Shown here: positions 57,173 to 64,000 of the stretch, piece by piece
Numbering within the stretch: the first letter of the stretch is position 1
Layout: every line of letters starts with the position of its first letter
Assembly (NCBI GenBank): GCA_938017895.1
Contig: CALIJI010000010.1
Span: 15,045 to 79,044, forward strand
Reading direction: 5' to 3'
DNA length: 64,000 bases
DNA from: an uncultured bacterium
GTDB taxonomy: Bacteria > Patescibacteriota > Saccharimonadia > Saccharimonadales > Saccharimonadaceae
The notes under the pieces: generated by a model
What the model was told of the DNA's origin: nothing
What the model saw: the letters and a program-made list of their open reading frames with translations, nothing else
Databases searched by the model: none
Program-made: the position numbers and the translations under genes

Positions 57173-58624
57173 TTATTTTTCAATTTTTGCAAAAAGTTTT
57201 TTCAAGTCTTCAATTTCCTCTTCGGTTATACGGATAGATTTTTTAATGAAATTAGGCGCCCCTTCACCTAAAGTAAGATTCATATCAGGAAGATTAACTT
57301 GAATAGAATCATCTTCAAAGTTAACTTCTTCATCATCAAGCATTATAATATTTGGCTCATTGACCGATAGAAATTCTTTAATCCCTTGCGGATATTTAAA
57401 ATTATTTACGACCATATTTTCAAGAACTTCTTTTTCGATTTCAAACATCTCTCGACGCAAATTACGATCAGCCTCCGATATAACATATTCAAGTTCTTCA
57501 TTTCCCCTATTATTAATCGAAAAATCCACAGCAAAAAGCCCTTTCGTAAGTCCAGCTTTAGAAATAAAAGCATCACTCCAGGACTGAATTACCGCATCCC
57601 GTTTTAGATAAATATCTCGAATATTTTGTAGATTTTCAAATAAGTTTTCGCTTGATTTTTCGTTTTTAAAGTCTGAATTATGGCGTAAATTTTTCATAAT
57701 CTCACCAATATTATTAAGGTGAGCCTGATAGACTTCGTTAGCATATAATTTCTGCTCGGTAGGATAGTTTAAATCAAAACTTTGCGCACCGCGAAGGTAA
57801 AAATTCAAAAAATCCATATTCGAAATTTCGCCATTTAAATGTTTCTCCATCATTGAGTCAATTTCTGATATTTTTTGATCAGTAAAACTTTCTTCATCAA
57901 AAATAATCACCGGAACGTTAAACTCCGCTGCAGCTTGGGCGGCTAGATCAATGTTCTTGCTTTTAAATTTATCAGTCGTATATGCACCGGTTACAATAAA
58001 ATCAGGTTTTCGCGGCTGGGAATTTTCCATATCCTCGTAACGCCAAAGCGCAATTTCATTATAATTTAAGTCATCAAAGTGTAAATCATTATATAAATAA
58101 GAGCTAATCTCACTTATCTCACCACGAAGAGTTTTTTCACCAGACGTCCACTGATCACTTGCGCCACCATTAATAATATCATTAGGTTCAATCTGAGAAT
58201 AGCCAAAACTCCAAGGGCTACAGAGCCCCCAATTAAGAGATTTAAAGTTTTCATTTGATATAAAAGAAGTTGAAATATAATTATTCCCAAAACCAAATTC
58301 TAGGCGCATTTCATCAAAGCTCATTTTTGAAGCTTTAATAATATTTTCCTGATCACAAAAGAAGTTATTTCGAATATCGGAGCCTATTGGATTCATAAAA
58401 ACCAAAAAAGGTGATGAGACAAGCAAATTAAAATCACCTTTATGAACGGTATAGATATCAACTTCTTTACCATTCGCAAGATTCTTTGTCATCTTGAAAG
58501 CATTATCACTGTTTTCGAGAAAGTCTAAATCTACAACTTTTTTGTTAAATTCCTGAACGAATTTTTCTCGGTTCTCATCAATATTTTCTAGCGAATTATA
58601 ATTGTTTATTTTTGGTTTTTCCAT
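57173..58624 (-). CDS. Hypothetical protein (483 aa)
   Basis: Long ORF with no motif. Preceded by TTGACT-17-TATAGT, with the ATG about 9 nt after the -10 (leaderless). Confidence 0.5.
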   Translation of the reverse strand: MEKPKINNYNSLENIDENREKFVQEFNKKVVDLDFLENSDNAFKMTKNLANGKEVDIYTVHKGDFNLLVSSPFLVFMNPIGSDIRNNFFCDQENIIKASKMSFDEMRLEFGFGNNYISTSFISNENFKSLNWGLCSPWSFGYSQIEPNDIINGGASDQWTSGEKTLRGEISEISSYLYNDLHFDDLNYNEIALWRYEDMENSQPRKPDFIVTGAYTTDKFKSKNIDLAAQAAAEFNVPVIIFDEESFTDQKISEIDSMMEKHLNGEISNMDFLNFYLRGAQSFDLNYPTEQKLYANEVYQAHLNNIGEIMKNLRHNSDFKNEKSSENLFENLQNIRDIYLKRDAVIQSWSDAFISKAGLTKGLFAVDFSINNRGNEELEYVISEADRNLRREMFEIEKEVLENMVVNNFKYPQGIKEFLSVNEPNIIMLDDEEVNFEDDSIQVNLPDMNLTLGEGAPNFIKKSIRITEEEIEDLKKLFAKIEK

Positions 58625-58650
58625 CTTTAAAAACTATACCATAACAATCC

Positions 58651-58689
58651 AAAAAAGTCAATAGAGCTTACCCTTATGATAAGCTCTAT
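58651..58689 (-). terminator. Intrinsic terminator after infB
   Basis: 10-bp stem ATAGAGCTTA/TAAGCTCTAT followed by a U-run on the minus strand. Confidence 0.6.
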
Positions 58690-58704
58690 AAATATCTGTA
58701 GCTA

Positions 58705-60492
58705 CTAGCCTTTTAGCTTACGAGCAACAACTTCACGAGTGAAAAATTCCAGTTTGTCGCCAATTTCAAGCTGGATTTTCTTTTTAGTTTTGAGCGAAAG
58801 ACCACACATCTCACCTTCGACAACATCTTTAGCTTCTTGTTGTTGGCGCTGAACGCTTGAAACTTCAACTTCGGCAATCTGTTCTTTCTTACGAATCACT
58901 CGAGCAAGCAAGCCAGCATAGATGCGACCAGTCTTAACTTCACCACCAGCGATAATCTCCTCTTTCATCGTGCGGAAAACTCCTTTGACTTCTAGTGATC
59001 CAATTTCAGTCTCGACGACTTCTGGCGCTAAAAGTTTTTCCATTTCAGCGCGTGCATCATCAAGGAGTTCATAGATAACTTTATAAATTCGAACCTCCAC
59101 CCGATCGCGAGTAGCAATTTTTTTAATAGCTGGCGGTAACTCCACATTAAAACCATAAATAATCGCATTTTTATCGGCGCTAGCAAGCCGAATATCATTC
59201 TCAGTAATGTTTCCAATTCCAGATTTTACGATATTCAGATTCACTTCTCCATCAGTCTCAATTAAGCGCAAACTATCAGAAACAGAAGTTAGAGATCCCT
59301 GAACGTCGGCTTTGATTACAATATTAAAATCTTCTGCATCGTGTTTTTGATTCATCATCTTTAATAGATCAGCACCGGTCACATTGGCAGTTGCAGCATT
59401 TTTATCGGCTTCAATTTTAGCTCGTTGCGCTAGATTGCGAGCTATTTTTTCATTTTTAACAATTTTAAATACATCCCCAAACTGAGGCAATTCCTTAAAC
59501 CCTGTCACAGTGATAGGAGTCGAAGGACCGGCTTTTTTAACGCTTTCACCTTTGTAGTCACTAAGCGTTCGAACTTTACCATAAGTCGTTCCAGCAATCA
59601 AAAAATCACCTTGTTTAATATCGCCCTGTTCTACCAGCAGAGAGACAACAGAACCTTTTCCAACTTCCATATGCGATTCAATCACTAAGCCCTCGGCCGG
59701 AATGCCAACATCGGCTCGAAGTTCTTCCATGTCAGCAGTCAGAAGAACCATGTCAAGTAATTCATCAATTCCAGAACCAGTTTTCGCCGAAATCGGAACC
59801 ATTACAACTTCACCGCCCCATTCTTCAGGCATTAAGCCACGTTCAGCAAGCTGCCCCTTTACGAGTTCAGGATTGGCAGTTTCTTTATCCATTTTGTTAA
59901 TCGCTACAACGATTTTTGCATTAGCATTCTGCGCAAATCGAATCGCTTCGATAGTTTGTGGCTTTACACCATCATCTGCAGCGACAACAATAATAACAAC
60001 ATCTGTAAGCGTTGCACCGTGTTGACGAAGGGCGGCGAAAGCCTCGTGACCAGGCGTGTCAAGAAGTGTGATTTTACGCCCTTTTCGTTCTGTCTGATAA
60101 GCGGAAATATGTTGCGTAATTCCACCAGCCTCTCCAGAGACAGTTTTCGTATCAAGAATCGTATCCAAAAGTGTAGTTTTTCCATGATCAACATGACCCA
60201 TCACTGCGACAATCGGTGGACGAGGTTTAGCATTTTCAGACACTTCGTGAATTTTATTTATCCGAGAAGTGATTGCATCAGCCTTTTCCTTTTTATGAAG
60301 CTCAACATCCTCAAGACCGAGTTCTTCAATAATAATTGTGGCAGTCTCAAAATCAATTCGCTGATTGATTGTAGCCATAATACCATTTTTAAATAGCTCA
60401 CCAATTAAGGTTGTAACAGGTAAATTTAATGCGCTCGCAAGCTCATCAACTGTGATCGAATCCGTAATATTAACAATTTTCTTTTGACTCAT
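58705..60492 (-). CDS. infB: Translation initiation factor IF-2 (short form)
   Basis: G-domain GHVDHGKTTLLD, DTPGH and NKMD motifs. The start is probably MSQKK at 60490-60492 (SD AAAGGAGGT). Confidence 0.9.
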   Translation of the reverse strand: MSQKKIVNITDSITVDELASALNLPVTTLIGELFKNGIMATINQRIDFETATIIIEELGLEDVELHKKEKADAITSRINKIHEVSENAKPRPPIVAVMGHVDHGKTTLLDTILDTKTVSGEAGGITQHISAYQTERKGRKITLLDTPGHEAFAALRQHGATLTDVVIIVVAADDGVKPQTIEAIRFAQNANAKIVVAINKMDKETANPELVKGQLAERGLMPEEWGGEVVMVPISAKTGSGIDELLDMVLLTADMEELRADVGIPAEGLVIESHMEVGKGSVVSLLVEQGDIKQGDFLIAGTTYGKVRTLSDYKGESVKKAGPSTPITVTGFKELPQFGDVFKIVKNEKIARNLAQRAKIEADKNAATANVTGADLLKMMNQKHDAEDFNIVIKADVQGSLTSVSDSLRLIETDGEVNLNIVKSGIGNITENDIRLASADKNAIIYGFNVELPPAIKKIATRDRVEVRIYKVIYELLDDARAEMEKLLAPEVVETEIGSLEVKGVFRTMKEEIIAGGEVKTGRIYAGLLARVIRKKEQIAEVEVSSVQRQQQEAKDVVEGEMCGLSLKTKKKIQLEIGDKLEFFTREVVARKLKG

Positions 60493-60586
60493 ACAACCTC
60501 CTTTGGTTTTATTTTCATACGCTGAACTTCGAAAACCGATTATAACAACCGATTTTCGAGTATTCAACGCAAGAATTTTGCTTGAA

Positions 60587-61654
60587 TTATTTTGTTAGGC
60601 TAAGTGAAATTTTTCGGCCTTCTTTATCAATATCGATAACTACGAACTCTTTTCGTTCATTTAGAGTGAATACATTCTCTGGATTTACGTCATTCCCTTT
60701 GCCAAGCTCAGAAACATGAACAAGTGCTTCTATCGCTGGAGAAATCTGCACGAAAGCCCCAAAAGGAGTAATTCGAGTTACAGTACCTTCGATTTTAGAC
60801 CCTTTCTTAAAATCTTCAACCTCGGTTAGCCATGGATCTTCGGTGAGCTGCTTCATAGATAGACTCAAGCGATCCTTGTCAATTGATATAATTCTAGCCT
60901 TAACTGTGTCGCCAATCTTCACATAATCTTTTGGATCACTTACTCGTTCCCAAGAAATTTCTGAAATATGAATCAATCCCTCAATTCCATCAACATTCAC
61001 GAAAACACCAAAATCAACAACGCCAGTTACGATACCTTCGACATCGTCACCTATTTTGAGACTCTCGAATCGTTCATTGAGACCATCTTTGACGGCTTCT
61101 TTTTCACTAAAAATTAACTTATTAGTTTTGCGATCAGCATCTAGAATTCGAACTGAGATCGGCTTATCAATTAGTGCATTCAAACGACTTAGAATTTCAT
61201 CTTTGTCACTAGCACCTACACGTGGGTAATGTTCAGCCGAAAGCTGCGAAACAGGCAAAAATCCTCGAATTCCTTCATACTCTACAAGTAAACCTCCGCG
61301 ATTGGCATCGTAAGGAATAACTTCGATAACCTCACCCGATTCAAGTTTAGCAGAAACCTCTTCCCATCCACGATCCTTAGCGGCTTTTCGAAGAGATAGA
61401 AGAGACATTCCGTTATCCATTTCTGCATCAACAACGCTTGCAGTCACGGCTTCCCCTTCAGTTAGGTTTCGAGAATGACCCGCTTCTCGGCGTGGTACAA
61501 AACCAACACCTTTTGCGCCCAAATCGATTAGAATTTCGTGCTTACGAACCGATAGAACGACTCCTTCAACGGTTTCTCCTTGTACTAGTTGGTTTGCGCT
61601 CTCTGGAGCAGACGCCAACAATTCGTCCATTGTTATTTTTTTGGCTGTTGCCAT
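60587..61654 (-). CDS. rpsA: 30S ribosomal protein S1 (reduced, about 4 S1 domains)
   Basis: Repeated S1 OB-fold motifs (G..V.G.V..I..FGAFV). Confidence 0.85.
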   Translation of the reverse strand: MATAKKITMDELLASAPESANQLVQGETVEGVVLSVRKHEILIDLGAKGVGFVPRREAGHSRNLTEGEAVTASVVDAEMDNGMSLLSLRKAAKDRGWEEVSAKLESGEVIEVIPYDANRGGLLVEYEGIRGFLPVSQLSAEHYPRVGASDKDEILSRLNALIDKPISVRILDADRKTNKLIFSEKEAVKDGLNERFESLKIGDDVEGIVTGVVDFGVFVNVDGIEGLIHISEISWERVSDPKDYVKIGDTVKARIISIDKDRLSLSMKQLTEDPWLTEVEDFKKGSKIEGTVTRITPFGAFVQISPAIEALVHVSELGKGNDVNPENVFTLNERKEFVVIDIDKEGRKISLSLTK

Positions 61655-61767
61655 TAGTCTTTAAGACTCCTTCCTTAATTGTATTTCTTTGAACATAGTC
61701 AAAATTAACCTGCTCAATAGATTGATTATTATTTTAACAGATTATAAAAGATTTTTCAAGCATTAAA

Positions 61768-61805
61768 ACTAAAAAATAGCCCTTGTTTTTTGAAGGCTAT
61801 TTTTA
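61768..61805 (-). terminator. Intrinsic terminator after the 61815-62306 gene
   Basis: 10-bp stem AAAAATAGCC/GGCTATTTTT. Confidence 0.5.
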
Positions 61806-61814
61806 ATATGTAAC

Positions 61815-62306
61815 CTATTTCATATTTTCGTAGTAGTCTATAATCTGCCGACTCAAACCTTTTCGGAATTTCAGATACTCTGCATTATCAGTATTCCCAG
61901 TTGACCTATTTCCTCTATTAAAAACGGTTAGTACTAAAGGAGTTTCCCCCCTATCAGTTGGTTGGCCGATAGTAAGACCTTTATATGGGTTAAAATCTTC
62001 ATCCTTATCACTCATATCAATAAGATCTTCTAGTTGTGCTTTACCTTCTTTGTTAGTTTTAACCAACCCCATAAAGCCAGCGTAAGTAACAATATAATTG
62101 CCATTATCTAGTTTTAGCATAGATGAAATTGGTTCTTCTCTAGTATTTTTAGCATAGCTTCCCTCATTAATAAGCCTTTGCTGTAAAGTGGCTCTATAGG
62201 CATCGGCTGTAGCAACAAAACTTCTTTCCTCATAGCCATTCCTAAGATCATCGACAAGATTATCGAGGCTTGTTCCTGTTTTATCGTACGTTAAGTTATT
62301 AAACAC
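61815..62306 (-). CDS. Hypothetical protein
   Basis: 163-aa ORF whose track start is a GTG. An out-of-frame 23-aa mini-ORF with a good SD overlaps it upstream, so the start is ambiguous. Confidence 0.45.
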   Translation of the reverse strand: MFNNLTYDKTGTSLDNLVDDLRNGYEERSFVATADAYRATLQQRLINEGSYAKNTREEPISSMLKLDNGNYIVTYAGFMGLVKTNKEGKAQLEDLIDMSDKDEDFNPYKGLTIGQPTDRGETPLVLTVFNRGNRSTGNTDNAEYLKFRKGLSRQIIDYYENMK

Positions 62307-62398
62307 ATCATTCTTTTTTCTAAATACTCTGGCTGAGTATTGAACGAATTAAAATTCTTCATATTTATCCTTTAAAAAATATTAAAAATCGCATTTTG

Positions 62399-62429
62399 AT
62401 TATACCCCCCCCCCGAACAGTTTTGTCAA
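62399..62429 (-). promoter_or_regulatory. Candidate promoter TTGACA-N9-G10-TATAAT (19-bp spacer containing a G10 homopolymer)
   Basis: On the minus strand there is a perfect -35 (62424-62429), a G10 tract (C10 at 62405-62414) and a perfect -10 TATAAT (62399-62404). Confidence 0.55.
62405..62414. repeat. Homopolymeric C10/G10 tract
   Basis: Ten consecutive C residues. Confidence 0.9.
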
Positions 62430-62491
62430 GTTTTAGCTTTAGAGTTTTTTGAAGGTTGAATTTTTAAATTTTTCATCGTAAAATAGAATTA

Positions 62492-62647
62492 ATGACTACT
62501 GCAATAAACAATAACATACCAAAAACTTTATTAGCAGAATTTTCGAAAATCTTTCATAAGCCTAAAATTCTAGTCGGAAAGCCTCAAGAATCCGTAATTT
62601 ATAACTACTTTAATTTTATAAAAAAAGGCGCTAAAAGTTTAGTATGA
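62492..62647 (+). CDS. Small 51-aa ORF translationally coupled to the downstream HExxH gene
   Basis: Its stop TGA overlaps the next ATG as ATGA. No homology is recognizable, and it is below the ORF-track cutoff. Confidence 0.3.
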   Translation: MTTAINNNIPKTLLAEFSKIFHKPKILVGKPQESVIYNYFNFIKKGAKSLV

Positions 62648-63096
62648 ATATAGATTTTGTTAAAACTTTGCGCAAAGATTTTCCGCAATTTATCTTTAAA
62701 GAAAATGATGATTTTCATTGGTCGAAACAAAAAAACACAATTTTCTTCAATCTAGAATCTACCAATTTTCATCTATTAATTCTTCACGAGCTAGCTCATG
62801 CGCTACTAGGCCATGAAACTTTTAATCTTGATATAGAGTTACTCCAAATGGAGATGGAAGCTTGGGAATTTGCTAAGAATAACCTTGCTACACAATACGG
62901 AATCTGCTTTGACTCAAATATATCCGAACGAAAGCTCGACACTTACCGAGACTGGATCCATAAACGCAGCTTATGCCCAAATTGTACAGTGAACGGATTT
63001 CAAAAAAGCGATCTATCTTATAAATGTCCCGCATGTGGAACAACTTGGACTGTAAATGACTCCCGATTCAAAAGTCTACGACGAGTCAAAAAATAG
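62644..63096 (+). CDS. HExxH zinc-metallopeptidase-like protein (ImmA/IrrE, DUF955-like) with a C-terminal zinc ribbon
   Basis: Motif ILHELAHALLGHE and a C-terminal CPNC..CPAC. Confidence 0.55.
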   Translation: MNIDFVKTLRKDFPQFIFKENDDFHWSKQKNTIFFNLESTNFHLLILHELAHALLGHETFNLDIELLQMEMEAWEFAKNNLATQYGICFDSNISERKLDTYRDWIHKRSLCPNCTVNGFQKSDLSYKCPACGTTWTVNDSRFKSLRRVKK

Positions 63097-63123
63097 ACCA
63101 TCCTAGGGAAAGTCTATTTTTCT
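63087..63123. terminator. Bidirectional terminator between the convergent HExxH and KGG genes
   Basis: 6-bp stem ATAGAC/GTCTAT with an A-run on one side and a T-run on the other. Confidence 0.5.
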
Positions 63124-63150
63124 TTCATATCTATATTTTAATTAAGCAAA

Positions 63151-63408
63151 TTAAGCAGCGCGTCGCACTTCAATCACTGACTCTTCAGAATCTTGAGCCA
63201 TCATTGTAATTGAAGTTTTAGCAGGTCCACGACGACTAATTCGTCCACCCTTTTGACCAGCAATTTTTGCAAGCTCACGGTTAGCGGCAAAACCACCAGT
63301 TGTTCCGTTTTTACCGCCTTTTTGGCCAATTCGCGAATAAAAATCTTTGCCATATTTTGCTTTATTAGTTGCGGCAGCCTTCGCTCCGCCAGCTTTAGTT
63401 CCAGCCAT
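63151..63408 (-). CDS. KGG-repeat general stress protein (YciG/con-10-like)
   Basis: Repeated GQKGGK/GQKGGR motifs and a Gly/Lys-rich 85-aa sequence. SD AAAGGAG. Confidence 0.65.
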   Translation of the reverse strand: MAGTKAGGAKAAATNKAKYGKDFYSRIGQKGGKNGTTGGFAANRELAKIAGQKGGRISRRGPAKTSITMMAQDSEESVIEVRRAA

Positions 63409-63450
63409 TTAATCTCCTTTGTTTTAATCTATTAACTGATTACGTTTAAG

Positions 63451-63479
63451 ATTATAGCACAACTTATGCTTTTTGTCAA
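63451..63479 (-). promoter_or_regulatory. Perfect consensus promoter TTGACA-17-TATAAT for the KGG stress gene
   Basis: Both hexamers match consensus and the spacer is 17 bp. Confidence 0.65.
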
Positions 63480-63551
63480 TATTTACATAAGGACTTTTTT
63501 ATTATATTGTAATATTTTATATTTATAATCTGTTTATGTTATAATTTTATT

Positions 63552-64000
63552 ATGATTTTTCGAATAAACAATGAGTTCTATCGTAAGCTACCTAAGCAAA
63601 TTTGTATATTTTTCTTACCAAAATCAATAAAAAATAAAACACAAAATAAGGCGATTTTAGAGCTTCAAAAACAATTTTCGAATACTTTACCTAATTTTAC
63701 CGAAAACGAGCTAAAAGAGTATAAAAATAGTATTATAAATGTAAAATTTTGGCACGGAACTGGAGGATTTGAGTATAACTCTAGTGGAAATATTACACCA
63801 ATTTTTGACAATATTTTAAAAAATGGATTAAAAACCCAGCAAGATGACTACTTGATTATTTATTCTAAAAAATTAAGTATGAAATCAATATCTCTAGTAA
63901 ATAAAAGAATTATCGCTAGATGCTATGCAGATAATCATAATTTTAAGAACCCTAAAACTTTTCGTTTTGGAAATAGTATTTTTTGGATTGTGCGACATTA
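63552..64000 (+). CDS. Hypothetical protein (partial, runs off the window end)
   Basis: Open frame from the ATG at 63552 to the window edge (MIFRINNEFYRKLPKQ..). Absent from the ORF track, presumably because it lacks a stop. Confidence 0.4.
   Translation, partial: MIFRINNEFYRKLPKQICIFFLPKSIKNKTQNKAILELQKQFSNTLPNFTENELKEYKNSIINVKFWHGTGGFEYNSSGNITPIFDNILKNGLKTQQDDYLIIYSKKLSMKSISLVNKRIIARCYADNHNFKNPKTFRFGNSIFWIVRH

Noticed and set aside
1-64000. Recurrent TTTTGTCAAG / CTTGACAA motif seen at many intergenic sites; considered as a possible dispersed repeat or CRISPR-like element
   Set aside because: It is simply the -35 hexamer TTGACA of minus-strand promoters with AT-rich flanks. There are no regularly spaced direct repeats and no spacers, so there is no CRISPR array in the window.

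Overview
This is a low-GC (~35%), gene-dense bacterial chromosomal segment with short intergenic regions, about 80% coded on the minus strand. In-frame TGA behaves as a stop, so the genetic code looks standard (code 11).

The core content is housekeeping: secA, infB, rpsA, rpsU, rplU, rpmA, prfB, frr, hpf, serS, lysS, proS, greA, priA, recJ, xseAB, murD, parAB, lepB and def-fmt. Three tRNAs are present: Val-TAC on the plus strand, and a Thr-TGT plus Tyr-GTA pair on the minus strand.

There is an unusually rich set of envelope proteases (CtpA, HtrA, RseP, a CAAX-type protease, an M16 peptidase, signal peptidase I). There is also an FtsE/FtsX module followed directly by a coiled-coil CHAP hydrolase that resembles PcsB, and a module of PadR, a PspC-domain membrane protein and a MacB-like ABC exporter.

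Accessory-looking content includes:
- two secreted proteins with PQTG/LPQTG sortase-like C-termini
- a DUF2207 protein with a poly-Gly tail
- an 827-aa Cys-rich polytopic membrane protein with VirB6/TrbL-like architecture
- a 779-aa single-TM protein with a calcium-binding loop and Pro-rich tandem repeats
- several blocks of small hypothetical genes around def-fmt and at the window end

No rRNA, CRISPR array, integrase or transposase is seen. Reduced versions of IF2, S1 and ProS, frequent leaderless promoters and the Gram-positive-like surface machinery suggest a reduced-genome Patescibacteria/Saccharibacteria-like organism. That lineage call is an inference only.

The most striking observations are these:
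- Two promoters share the architecture TTGACA-N9-G10-TA(G/T)AAT, i.e. a homopolymeric G/C10 tract inside the promoter spacer. One drives a sortase-type surface protein and one drives a hypothetical gene. They are strong candidates for phase-variable slipped-strand switches.
- A tandem pair of NrdR-box-like palindromes sits upstream of a glutaredoxin-like (NrdH-like) gene.
- A perfect-consensus promoter drives a 64-aa peptide gene that carries a 12-bp tandem repeat.
- An HExxH/zinc-ribbon protein has a translationally coupled upstream mini-ORF.
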